This document shows, one piece after another, positions 28,041-37,391 of a DNA stretch of 41,204 bases. This stretch comes from a virus (lineage: Duplodnaviria > Caudoviricetes). The notes beneath the pieces are model-generated. The model did not search any database. It was not told the origin of the DNA and was given only the letters and a program-made list of their open reading frames with translations. The first letter of the stretch is position 1, and each line of letters begins with the position of its first letter. The DNA is taken from IMG/VR virus record IMGVR_UViG_3300043391_000272, positions 1 through 41,204 of that record; one strand, given 5' to 3'. A program made the position numbers and the translations under genes.

Positions 28041-29305
28041 TGAAAAGTTTTTTCCAGTTTTTAATCGAAGCAGGAACCGCAACACAGCAGGCAGCCCGTC
28101 TGGGACTTGTTGGTGATGGTCATGGTGGATGGTATGATAAAACCAGTGGAGAGTTTGTAGCAAAGACTGAGAAAGGAACTCTTAAGTTTTATAACAAACG
28201 TCAAAAAGTTGGTCAACAAGACCCAGCACAAACTGAAAAGGAAAAAAACCTCTCTCAGGAAACTCAGGGAGCACCTGTTCAGCAAGAACCAGTTCAGCAG
28301 CAAGCACCTGCCCCAGAGCAGCAACCAGCAGCACAAGAACCACAGCAACCCGTTGCTACCCCACCACCAGTGCCCAAAACGAAGGGCACTCTCACAATTG
28401 CCTTTGGTCGTTTCAATCCCCCTACGATTGGGCACCAGCAACTTATGGATACTGCTGCCGCCGCATCGCAGGCAGATGGTGGTGACTATGTAATCTATCC
28501 ATCTAGAAGTCAAGATAAGAAAAAGAATCCTCTTGACCCTGATACAAAGATTTCATATATGAGAAGAATGTTTCCAGGTCATAGTGAAAGAATTGCGAAT
28601 GATGCTAGCAATAAAACCATCTTTGATGTACTAAAAAAAGCACACAATGATGGATATACTAATGTTAGAATTGTTGGTGGTTCTGATAGAGTAAAAGAAT
28701 TTGATAAATTGGCAAATAACTATAATGGACAATTATATGCTTTTGATAATATCGAAGTAGTTTCTGCCGGAGAACGTGACCCCGATGCAAAAGGTGTCGA
28801 AGGAATGTCGGCATCAAGAATGAGACTTGCTGCTGCAGAAGGTGACTTCCGTAAGTTTAGGGAAGGTCTTCCAACAGACTTTAAACGCAAAGATGCTCAA
28901 GAATTATTTGATAATCTTCGCACTTCTATGAATATCAAAGAAGGATGGAATCTCTGGGAAATTGCACCTAAGTTTGACTGGACTAATCTCCGTGAGAACT
29001 ATATTACCGATAAGATTTTCCAAATCGGTTCTTTGGTAGAAAATCTCAATACTGGATTGGTTGGTCGGATTATTCGCAGAGGAACTAACTATCTTATCTG
29101 TGTTACGGAAGATCATATTATGTTCAAGTCTTGGATTAAGGATGTAACCGAGGCATATACTGAAAAGAAAATGTCCAGTAAAATGAGAACCCCTGGAAAA
29201 CCAAATACTTTGGTTGGAACTGATGGATATAGAAAGCACGTTGAGAATATGACCCCTGGATCTAGTTGGGGAATAGAATTCATAAATAAGTATAGGAAAA
29301 AGTAA
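28040..29305 (+). CDS. HxGH nucleotidyltransferase (cytidylyltransferase-like) with capsid-targeting-like N-terminus
   Basis: FGRFNPPTIGH, VGGSDR, MSASRMR; begins MKSFFQFLIE; Q/P-rich linker. Confidence 0.85.
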   Translation: MKSFFQFLIEAGTATQQAARLGLVGDGHGGWYDKTSGEFVAKTEKGTLKFYNKRQKVGQQDPAQTEKEKNLSQETQGAPVQQEPVQQQAPAPEQQPAAQEPQQPVATPPPVPKTKGTLTIAFGRFNPPTIGHQQLMDTAAAASQADGGDYVIYPSRSQDKKKNPLDPDTKISYMRRMFPGHSERIANDASNKTIFDVLKKAHNDGYTNVRIVGGSDRVKEFDKLANNYNGQLYAFDNIEVVSAGERDPDAKGVEGMSASRMRLAAAEGDFRKFREGLPTDFKRKDAQELFDNLRTSMNIKEGWNLWEIAPKFDWTNLRENYITDKIFQIGSLVENLNTGLVGRIIRRGTNYLICVTEDHIMFKSWIKDVTEAYTEKKMSSKMRTPGKPNTLVGTDGYRKHVENMTPGSSWGIEFINKYRKK

Positions 29306-29323
29306 GTTTAAAGAAATCTCCCA

Positions 29324-30748
29324 ATGAATAATAACATTTTTGAGGAACTTCCCGCAAGAAAGTCTGCTCCTGCTGCTGCCCCTGCTGCTAAAGGTAAAGA
29401 TGGTAAAGGTCCTAATGACCCTAAGGCAAATGCTGAAAAGCGTGTTCGTCAGGCAGTCTATGATATTCGTTATCGTGCTAGAAGAGAGGGTGTCGATATC
29501 AAGCAGGCATTCTCGCAATATATGCAAAATAGTTCATTAAACCCACAGGAAAGAACTGCGGTGAAGTCGAAGGTATTTCCAAAGGGTGGTGGTGCCGTAA
29601 AGGAAGATTTCCAAATTGAAGCACTAGCAACTAATACAATCACAAGTGCTTTCACCAAAGTATTTTTTGAGGGTGTTGAGAAAGAAGTAGCACCTATTGA
29701 ACTTGATTACCTTGAAGAACTGAATGCACTTGAAGATAGAAAGTATAAGGTAAGAGTTTCGGATAAAAACTCTGGACGTTCATATGTTCGTTATGCTACT
29801 CGTGAAAAGATTTCTCAGTTAAGAGCAAATCCTAATATCTCTTCTGTTGAGATGACTGAGTATGGTGAGCCTTACGAAGGTGAGAAAAATAAGGGTGAGC
29901 AAACTGCTAAAACTAAGGCAGGTAAGGGTAAGGATTATGATGGTGATGGAAAAGTAGAAAGTGGTGCTAAGGAACACGCAGGTTCAGTTCATAATGCAAT
30001 CCAACGTAAGAAGGGTGGAACTGCCGATGGTAAGGACACCTCAAGTGTAAAGGAAGAATTTCTTGGTGAAGTAAGTGATAAGAATGAAAACAATAAGAAA
30101 ATTGATGTAATGAAGGGTAAGAATAAAGTTGTTGTAAATCCCCCCTCATCTATTTTTTCACACAATGAACTTGAAGGTGATGTAATTGCTGAAAAAGCAC
30201 CTCCTGGAGCAAAGTTTGAGAGAATGGTCAAGCACATCAAAGCAGGATATGCTAAGGGTGGTGTGAGTGATAAGGAAAAATCAATTGCTTATGCTACTGC
30301 TTGGAAGGCAAAAAATAAGGAAACTCAGAAGGAAGAAACTGAGTGTGGTACTGAACCTAAAAAGAAAGGTGAAAAGGAAACCGACCCACGTTCAATTCCT
30401 ACAACCACAAGTCTTATTAAGACTAAGTTGAGAGCAATGGGACTTAAGATGTCCTATGAACCAGAAGGTGAGCAGATTGATGAATTAAATCGTTCTGAAA
30501 GAGAAACCGGTATTAATACAAAGACTGGTAGACCAACTCAAAAAGGTGGCGACCCTAGAGTTAAAGAAAGAAATAAACCACCCCTAAAGTATGGTGGGTC
30601 AAGAGAAGAACCAAAAGTTCGTGGAGAAAAACCACCAACTGCTGGAGAACCTGGTTCCGGTGTACAATCTCCTGCATATAAAGTAGCATTGCGCCGTAAT
30701 GCTAGAAAAAGAGCAGCAGAGTTTGAGATGGATACTAGAGGAACCTAG
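29324..30748 (+). CDS. Modular late protein, probable virion/internal protein
   Basis: TAAATA at 29283; basic segments separated by acidic linkers HNELEGDVIAE and SYEPEGEQIDE; DYDGDGKVE motif. Confidence 0.7.
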   Translation: MNNNIFEELPARKSAPAAAPAAKGKDGKGPNDPKANAEKRVRQAVYDIRYRARREGVDIKQAFSQYMQNSSLNPQERTAVKSKVFPKGGGAVKEDFQIEALATNTITSAFTKVFFEGVEKEVAPIELDYLEELNALEDRKYKVRVSDKNSGRSYVRYATREKISQLRANPNISSVEMTEYGEPYEGEKNKGEQTAKTKAGKGKDYDGDGKVESGAKEHAGSVHNAIQRKKGGTADGKDTSSVKEEFLGEVSDKNENNKKIDVMKGKNKVVVNPPSSIFSHNELEGDVIAEKAPPGAKFERMVKHIKAGYAKGGVSDKEKSIAYATAWKAKNKETQKEETECGTEPKKKGEKETDPRSIPTTTSLIKTKLRAMGLKMSYEPEGEQIDELNRSERETGINTKTGRPTQKGGDPRVKERNKPPLKYGGSREEPKVRGEKPPTAGEPGSGVQSPAYKVALRRNARKRAAEFEMDTRGT

Positions 30749-30788
30749 TTCATAAATAATCCAGGATCCTTCTTCATACGAGGTTATT

Positions 30789-30968
30789 ATGTCAGCACTC
30801 ATCGCATGGGCACTTGCTAATCAAGCACTTATCGCAACTGTTCTTTTTGCAGTTTCTGAAGCACTTGGAGCAAATCCAAAAGTCAAAGCAAACGGTCTTC
30901 TTTCACTTATTCTTTTACAAGTCCAAGGACAACTAAAAGCAAAGGGTGCTAAAGACGTTACTCCCTGA
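30789..30968 (+). CDS. 59-aa hydrophobic membrane protein, holin-like candidate (absent from the ORF track)
   Basis: MSALIAWALANQALIATVLFAVSEALGANPKVKANGLLSLILLQVQGQLKAKGAKDVTP; GAGG RBS; TAAATA at 30753; own terminator. Confidence 0.75.
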   Translation: MSALIAWALANQALIATVLFAVSEALGANPKVKANGLLSLILLQVQGQLKAKGAKDVTP

Positions 30969-30990
30969 GTTTTTTAACTCTAAATTATAA

Positions 30991-31030
30991 AGGAGACCTA
31001 AAATATCAAGGTCTCCTTTTTTTATAAATA
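30991..31030 (+). terminator. Terminator fused to late promoter TATAAATA (31023-31030)
   Basis: AGGAGACCT...AGGTCTCCT, T-run, TATAAATA. Confidence 0.85.
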
Positions 31031-31062
31031 TTACTAGAAAAAGAATTTTGTAGGTAAGAAAC

Positions 31063-31830
31063 ATGTCACTTTGGGGCATTTCAACAAACGCCGAAACTTC
31101 AGCAAATAATTATGCAATTCCAAAATATTTGGGAAAATATTCTGCTGCAAATGGCCAATTCGAAGCGACTGATAGAACCAGAAGTCCTTATAATTGCTTT
31201 GCAGATAATCGTGGATGGATTCAGAGGCATTATAAGAGTACTAGTAATTCTGGAATTTCTACTCGTTATTGGGATTCTATTTTAGTTCCTGTAGTTGGAT
31301 TAAATACTGCTGGTGCTGGAACAAGTACAACTGGTTTAGGACAAGCAACTCCAATTGCTGTTTTCTTTGAGGATCCTAATCTTGCTTCTCCAATTAGCAT
31401 CGGTGCCGGTGGAACAACTGGAATTGGAACCGGAACTACTGGATATGTTCATGTAGTATGGAACGAAATGGTATACTGCTCAGCCGGAGCAACTGTTCTT
31501 ATTTCTCAATCTACTGGAGCAAATATTGTCGCATATGCAAATTCTACAGGAGTTCCAGTTCAAGTTAATGTTCCCGGAATAGGACAAACTGTAATCACTT
31601 TTAACGGACAAATTACTAATAGAGTTGGATTTGCATTTACTGCTCCTAATACTGGTATTGGAACTGTTCTTAGAATTGCAACTACTGGTGGTGTTGTTGG
31701 TGTTATTACTGATGCTTCTGGTGGTGCCGCAGTAGATAAAACTATTGCCGGACTTGTTAAAAATATTGCAGGTGCTGGAACAACTTCTGGAGTTGGTATT
31801 GGAACAACCACTTTAACTGTTACTGCATGA
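31063..31830 (+). CDS. Gly/Thr-rich probable virion structural protein
   Basis: MSLWG start, repeated GIGT motifs, late promoter. Confidence 0.65.
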   Translation: MSLWGISTNAETSANNYAIPKYLGKYSAANGQFEATDRTRSPYNCFADNRGWIQRHYKSTSNSGISTRYWDSILVPVVGLNTAGAGTSTTGLGQATPIAVFFEDPNLASPISIGAGGTTGIGTGTTGYVHVVWNEMVYCSAGATVLISQSTGANIVAYANSTGVPVQVNVPGIGQTVITFNGQITNRVGFAFTAPNTGIGTVLRIATTGGVVGVITDASGGAAVDKTIAGLVKNIAGAGTTSGVGIGTTTLTVTA

Positions 31831-31831
31831 T

Positions 31832-32203
31832 ATGAGATTTGATGAGTTGAATGAAGATAACTATTTGTTATTTGCTATAAAATTCTACGATAATCCTCAG
31901 GCAGTCACCAAAGACGATTTTGAGGATGATCTAAAAAGAATAAAATATGTAAAACGGTTATTAAAGAGATATAAAAATACCGGGGTGCTTAAGACTCATT
32001 TGATTCTTAATCACCTCACTGTATTATTCAATGTTTTTGATGATGCTACAGTTCCATTACTTTTCTATAATTTAGAAAGAGAACTTTGGCCTTATATAAA
32101 AAGTTTTCTAGTTTTCTTAAACAGACTTCCAGAATATCCAAAAACTGAAATCAATAATATAGAAGAAGATATTGAGTGTCTAAAACAATTGCAATCGATC
32201 TAA
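31832..32203 (+). CDS. Conserved T4-like hypothetical protein
   Basis: YDNPQ..DFEDDLKRIKYVKRLL..LILNHL..NVF. Confidence 0.75.
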   Translation: MRFDELNEDNYLLFAIKFYDNPQAVTKDDFEDDLKRIKYVKRLLKRYKNTGVLKTHLILNHLTVLFNVFDDATVPLLFYNLERELWPYIKSFLVFLNRLPEYPKTEINNIEEDIECLKQLQSI

Positions 32204-32412
32204 TGGAAAGTAAGATAGATAGAATTATCAATATCATTAGATCTCTTAATGAGGAAGGTGAAGGTGGTGCTCCTACCAATAGTCTTGTTGGTGGAAAGAT
32301 TGCGGGAACAAAAGAAGCAGGTGATAATCCTCCTGTAAGAAAGAAGAATAAATACATCTATGGAACGGGATTCCGTAAAAATTGGTTACAAAGAAGAAAC
32401 CCACAACCATAA
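32203..32412 (+). CDS. Small basic protein with leader ending LNEE
   Basis: TAATG coupling; MESKIDRIINIIRSLNEEGEGGAPTNS... Confidence 0.7.
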   Translation: MESKIDRIINIIRSLNEEGEGGAPTNSLVGGKIAGTKEAGDNPPVRKKNKYIYGTGFRKNWLQRRNPQP

Positions 32413-32420
32413 GAAATCCA

Positions 32421-32819
32421 ATGTACACTCCACCTCAGCCCCAAGCAATAGAAACAAAGGTTGCAATCCTTGAGGAGAAACTTCATACTACCGAGCAGTT
32501 GATGCAACGTATTGAGAGTGCAATTGAAAAGATGAGTGAAGTAAGTGCGAATGTGACTAAAATGCTTGCAGTTCATGAGCAAAAGATCGAGTCTAATGAT
32601 AAAGTAGATGCTATATTATTTGCAAAGATTGACCAGTTAAGCAACAAAATGGATACTGACCATAATATAGTATTGGATAAATTACAAGGATTAGAAAAAA
32701 AAGTTTGGATTGGTATTGGAGTTTTTGCAGTAGTGACTTTAATCATCAATAATTCAGAAATGTTAGCAAGTATCTTGACAACCACTCAAGACAACGGTAG
32801 GATAGAAAGACTGAAATAA
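32421..32819 (+). CDS. Coiled-coil protein with C-terminal transmembrane helix
   Basis: Heptad-like region, then VWIGIGVFAVVTLII; ATG 32421 preferred. Confidence 0.7.
   Translation: MYTPPQPQAIETKVAILEEKLHTTEQLMQRIESAIEKMSEVSANVTKMLAVHEQKIESNDKVDAILFAKIDQLSNKMDTDHNIVLDKLQGLEKKVWIGIGVFAVVTLIINNSEMLASILTTTQDNGRIERLK
32775..32803 (+). promoter_or_regulatory. Sigma70 promoter for primase/nrd genes
   Basis: TTGACA-17nt-TAGGAT. Confidence 0.7.
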
Positions 32820-32831
32820 GCATCCTTTATA

Positions 32832-33806
32832 ATGGATTTGATTGACTCCAAGTATATTGGACTAGTATCGTCTCGTCTTCAAAAATTCAAAAGGGTTAAG
32901 TCGGATCTCTACACATTCCGTTGCCCGATTTGTGGAGATTCTCAGAAGAACAAAAACAAGACAAGGGGATACATTTACCCAGTCAAGAATAATACAAACT
33001 TCAAGTGTCATAACTGTGGGGCAAGTTTATCCTTTAATAACTTTCTCAAACAGATAGATCCAACACTTCATAAGCAATACACTCTTGAAAAGTTTAAGGA
33101 AGGTCATACTGGTAAGAACTTTGTAGTTGAAGAACCAAAATTTGAGTTTAAGAAACCTACCTTTAAGAAAAAGTTAGATTTACCAAGAGCATCTGATAAC
33201 TCTATTGCTAAACTGTATCTTGAGAAGAGACTTCTAAATCCAGAAAAGTTCTATTTTGCTGACAAATTCCAGGCATGGACTAACACTCAAAAACCCACAT
33301 TTAGTAGGATTGTAAGAGATGAAAGTCGCATAGTGATACCACTGTACACTAGAGAAGGTGAACTATTTGGATTTCAAGGAAGATCTCTAGTTCCTAGCAA
33401 TGTTAAATATATCACGGTGATCTTAGACGAGAGTATTCCCAAAGTTTATGGACTAGACGAGGTAAGTACTGATGAAACAATCTACGTCACAGAAGGACCA
33501 TTTGATTCAACGTTTGTCAAAAATGCCATCGCAATGTGTGGATCGGATATTTTACTCGATAGTCTTAATTTGGGTGACGATATTGTGTATGTCCTTGATA
33601 ATGAACCCCGCAATAAGGAAATCTGTAATAGGATCTCCAAACTCATCGACGGAGGTAAAAAGGTAGTTATCTGGCCAAAGGCAGTTCAGCAAAAGGATAT
33701 CAATGATATGGTGCTCGCTGGACTTTCTGTTATGAATATGTTAAAATCAAATACATATAGAGCACTCGAAGCAAAAATCAAATTCAACGAATGGAAGAAA
33801 GTATGA
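32832..33806 (+). CDS. gp61: DNA primase
   Basis: CPICGDS..CHNC zinc ribbon; TOPRIM EGPFDS, DNEPRN, KDINDM. Confidence 0.97.
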   Translation: MDLIDSKYIGLVSSRLQKFKRVKSDLYTFRCPICGDSQKNKNKTRGYIYPVKNNTNFKCHNCGASLSFNNFLKQIDPTLHKQYTLEKFKEGHTGKNFVVEEPKFEFKKPTFKKKLDLPRASDNSIAKLYLEKRLLNPEKFYFADKFQAWTNTQKPTFSRIVRDESRIVIPLYTREGELFGFQGRSLVPSNVKYITVILDESIPKVYGLDEVSTDETIYVTEGPFDSTFVKNAIAMCGSDILLDSLNLGDDIVYVLDNEPRNKEICNRISKLIDGGKKVVIWPKAVQQKDINDMVLAGLSVMNMLKSNTYRALEAKIKFNEWKKV

Positions 33807-36103
33807 GCAACGGAACAAATGTAGTTAAGAGAAATGGGTCGGTTGAGAGTCTGGATCTGAATAAACTTCACTTAATGGTAGAGGAGGCATGTAAAGATCT
33901 TGCTGGAGTGTCTGCATCACAAGTTGAGATGCAATCAGGTATTCAATTTTATGATGGAATTACAACGTCGGAAGTTCAGGAGATTCTGATTCGTTCAGCA
34001 TCGGACTTGATTGATCTTGAGCATCCCAATTATCAATTTGTTGCTGCTCGTTTGCTTCTATTTGCTCTTCGCAAGCAGTTGTTTGGTCGTATGCACGAGT
34101 GCCCCACTGTTCTGGAACATACACAAAAATGTGTAGAACTTGGTGTCTATGATGCAGAGATTCTTTCTCTGTACGATGCTGAAGAGTTTGAGAAACTTCA
34201 ATCCTTTATTGTTCATGAGCGTGATTATCTCTTCACTTATGCGGGTCTCCGTCAGGTAGTTGATAAGTATCTGGTTCAGGACAGAAGTTCTGGTGCTCTT
34301 TATGAGACTCCACAGTTTATGTACCTGATGATTGCTGCCACCATCTTCTCTAAATATCCAAAGGAAACTCGTTTGGATTACGTTAAAAAATATTATGACG
34401 CAATCAGCAAGCACAAAATCAACATCCCAACGCCGATTATGGCAGGAGTCAGAACTCCACTTCGTCAATTTGCATCTTGTGTTCTCGTTGATGTTGATGA
34501 CACCCTCGATAGCATCTTTAGCAGCGATGTGGCTATTGGTAAATATGTCTCACAAAGGGCTGGTATCGGCATTAATGCTGGTAGAATTCGTGGCATCAAC
34601 AGCAAAATCAGAGGTGGAGAGGTACAACACACAGGCGTGGTGCCCTTCCTTAAGAAGTTTGAGGCAACTGTCCGATGCTGCACTCAGAACGGCATCAGAG
34701 GTGGTTCTGCTACAGTTTTCTTTCCTATCTGGCACCAAGAAATAGAAGACATTCTTGTTCTGAAAAATAACAAAGGAACCGAAGATAATCGTGTTCGTAA
34801 ATTAGATTATGGAATCCAAATCTCCAAACTGTTCTATGAACGATTCATCAAGAACGAAGAGATTTCACTCTTCTCTCCACACTCAGTTCCTGGGTTGTAT
34901 GATGCTTTTGGCACTGATTCATTTGACCGGTTATATGTGGATGCAGAACGAGATGAGTCTATTCCAAGAAAAACGATTGGAGCACAGGAACTTTTTCTGG
35001 ACCTTCTGAAGGAAAGAGCAGAAACTGGTCGTATTTACATTATGAATATTGACCACTGCAACTCTCATAGTTCTTTCTTAGATAAAGTTTCTATGTCAAA
35101 CCTCTGCATGGAAATTTCTCTCCCCACGACTCCAATTCAACATATTGACGATGAGAATGGACAAGTCGCAACTTGTATTCTATCTGCTATAAATGTTGGA
35201 AAATTAAAGCACTTTGATGATATGAAAGAACTTTGCGATCTTTCTGTTCGTGCTTTGGATGAAATTATTGACTATCAAAACTACCCCGTAAAGGCGGCAG
35301 AGAACTTCACCAAGAGGCGCCGATCACTTGGAGTAGGTTATATTGGTATGGCACACTTCCTTGCTAAGCACGGCGTCAAATATGAGGATCCTGCATCTTG
35401 GAATCTGGTTCACGACTTGAGTGAGGCATTCCAATATTATCTGATTCAGGCAACCGTAAATCTTGCGAAAGAAAAAGGTGCCTGTGAATATTCTCATCGT
35501 ACCAAGTATGGTCAGGGTATTCTACCTATTGATACATATAAAAGAGATGTTGATGAAATTGTTCCGAATAATTTGAAGTATGATTGGGATAGTCTTAGGG
35601 AACAAGTTAAGCAATATGGAGTACGGAACTCAACACTGTCGGCACAAATGCCTTCGGAGAGCAGTTCCGTTGTGTCAAATGCAACAAATGGAATTGAACC
35701 ACCTCGTGGATACTTGTCCATTAAGAAATCGAAAAAGGGTCCGCTCAAACAGATTGTCCCCCAGTATCAAACTCTTAAGAACAACTATACGCTTCTTTGG
35801 GATATGCCTAGCAATCATGGGTATATTAATATTGTTGCTGTTATGCAAAAGTTCTTTGATCAGGCAATTTCTGGAAACTGGTCCTATAATCCGGAGCATT
35901 ATCCCAATAATGAAGTACCTGTTAGCGTAATGGCACAAGATATGCTTACTTGTTTCAAATTGGGACATAAAACAGCATATTATCAGAATACTTATGATAT
36001 TAAGACTGATGAAGTGGTTGAAGAACCAAAAGAAGACCTTCAATCACTCCTGAATGATATTATGAGTTCTGATGAGGAATCGTGTGAAAGTTGCACAATC
36101 TAA
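33803..36103 (+). CDS. nrdA: Ribonucleotide reductase class Ia alpha subunit
   Basis: ATP-cone VVKRNG, FASCVL, SNLCME, YY pair, C-terminal CESC. Confidence 0.98.
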   Translation: MSNGTNVVKRNGSVESLDLNKLHLMVEEACKDLAGVSASQVEMQSGIQFYDGITTSEVQEILIRSASDLIDLEHPNYQFVAARLLLFALRKQLFGRMHECPTVLEHTQKCVELGVYDAEILSLYDAEEFEKLQSFIVHERDYLFTYAGLRQVVDKYLVQDRSSGALYETPQFMYLMIAATIFSKYPKETRLDYVKKYYDAISKHKINIPTPIMAGVRTPLRQFASCVLVDVDDTLDSIFSSDVAIGKYVSQRAGIGINAGRIRGINSKIRGGEVQHTGVVPFLKKFEATVRCCTQNGIRGGSATVFFPIWHQEIEDILVLKNNKGTEDNRVRKLDYGIQISKLFYERFIKNEEISLFSPHSVPGLYDAFGTDSFDRLYVDAERDESIPRKTIGAQELFLDLLKERAETGRIYIMNIDHCNSHSSFLDKVSMSNLCMEISLPTTPIQHIDDENGQVATCILSAINVGKLKHFDDMKELCDLSVRALDEIIDYQNYPVKAAENFTKRRRSLGVGYIGMAHFLAKHGVKYEDPASWNLVHDLSEAFQYYLIQATVNLAKEKGACEYSHRTKYGQGILPIDTYKRDVDEIVPNNLKYDWDSLREQVKQYGVRNSTLSAQMPSESSSVVSNATNGIEPPRGYLSIKKSKKGPLKQIVPQYQTLKNNYTLLWDMPSNHGYINIVAVMQKFFDQAISGNWSYNPEHYPNNEVPVSVMAQDMLTCFKLGHKTAYYQNTYDIKTDEVVEEPKEDLQSLLNDIMSSDEESCESCTI

Positions 36104-36148
36104 CCTGAGTAAATATAAAAGTGTGAGTTAATTTAGAGAAGAAAAATT

Positions 36149-37330
36149 ATGGATTTTAACTTTAAGACAAAACTAGAGGAGAAGAATGTGGTCAATCAAA
36201 TGACAGTTTTTAACTCTCAGGAGGTAGATACTAAAAAGCAACCGATGTTTTTTGGTGCTCCTCTGGGCATTCAAAGATACGATTCTTACAAATATCCAAT
36301 TTTTGAAAAACTCACAACACAACAACTAGGATACTTTTGGAGACCTGAAGAGGTCTCCTTACAGAAAGATAGAGGAGATTATCAGTCTCTTCGTCCTGAA
36401 CAAAAGCATATTTTTACTTCTAACCTAAAATATCAAGTCATGCTTGATAGTGTTCAAGGTCGTGGACCTGGTATGGCATTTGCTCCCTACTGCTCTCTTC
36501 CTGAACTGGAAGCGTGTATGAAGGTCTGGGAGTTTATGGAGATGATTCACTCACGCTCCTATACCTATATCATCAAAAATGTATATTCAGATCCTTCGGA
36601 TGTGTTTGATACTATTCTTAGAGATGAAAGAATTCTCGAACGTGCCGTCAGTGTAACCGAAGCATATAACGATTTTATCAATAGTGCTCAACATTATGGT
36701 ACTTCTGAACTTTGGAAATATGCCCAAGAATCAGTTCCTCACGCCCAGGCAGAAAGATATGAACTCAAACGAAAACTTTTCAGAGCAGTTGCAAACGTTA
36801 ATATTCTTGAAGGTATTCGCTTTTACGTCAGTTTCGCTTGCAGTTTTGCATTTGGCGAACTCAAACTTATGGAAGGAAGTGCAAAGATCATTGGATTGAT
36901 TGCTCGTGATGAGAATCAGCATCTGGTCATCACTCAGAACATCCTCAATAAGTGGAAGGAGGGTGATGACCCTGAGATGCAAAGAATTGCCAAAGAAGAA
37001 GAGCAGTGGGTCTACAAGACCTTTGAGAGTGCAGTCAATCAAGAAAAACTTTGGGCAGAGTATCTATTCAAGGATGGTTCTATGATTGGTCTGAATGATA
37101 AACTTCTTCAGCAATATGTTGAGTGGATTGCCAATCGTCGTATGAGAGCAATTGGATTGAAACCACTTTATGATATTCCAGCAAAGAACAATCCACTTCC
37201 TTGGACTGAGCACTGGATTTCTTCTAAAGGACTTCAAACGGCAAATCAAGAAACGGAAAACGAATCTTATATTGTTGGTGGTATCAAACACGATGTTTCT
37301 GCTAATACATTTTCTGATTTTAAACTTTGA
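36149..37330 (+). CDS. nrdB: Ribonucleotide reductase class Ia beta subunit
   Basis: FWRPEEV, EMIHSRSY, LEGIRFY, RDENQH. Confidence 0.98.
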   Translation: MDFNFKTKLEEKNVVNQMTVFNSQEVDTKKQPMFFGAPLGIQRYDSYKYPIFEKLTTQQLGYFWRPEEVSLQKDRGDYQSLRPEQKHIFTSNLKYQVMLDSVQGRGPGMAFAPYCSLPELEACMKVWEFMEMIHSRSYTYIIKNVYSDPSDVFDTILRDERILERAVSVTEAYNDFINSAQHYGTSELWKYAQESVPHAQAERYELKRKLFRAVANVNILEGIRFYVSFACSFAFGELKLMEGSAKIIGLIARDENQHLVITQNILNKWKEGDDPEMQRIAKEEEQWVYKTFESAVNQEKLWAEYLFKDGSMIGLNDKLLQQYVEWIANRRMRAIGLKPLYDIPAKNNPLPWTEHWISSKGLQTANQETENESYIVGGIKHDVSANTFSDFKL

Positions 37331-37384
37331 CTAATACAGCAAACTGAAATATAATATTATATAAATAGTATTAGAGTTCAGTTT
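37327..37384 (+). promoter_or_regulatory. Sigma70-like promoter, late promoter and pairing arms upstream of the homing endonuclease
   Basis: TTGACT-17-TATAAT (37327-37355); TATAAATA 37360-37367; CTAATAC/GTATTAG and AAACTGAA/TTCAGTTT complementary pairs. Confidence 0.65.
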
Positions 37385-37391
37385 CTTACTT

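Noticed and set aside
28904-29527. 207-aa minus-strand ORF
   Set aside because: Antisense across two plus-strand late genes; composition typical of a shadow frame
8784-33802. Longer upstream starts in the ORF track (8784, 14733, 16332, 17388, 19197, 19714, 32176, 32382, 33791)
   Set aside because: Downstream ATGs fit RBS, coupling, paralog starts or promoter/terminator positions better
20347-37330. Introns or inteins in gp43, gp41, nrdA, nrdB
   Set aside because: All are continuous ORFs of normal length with no intein splice motifs
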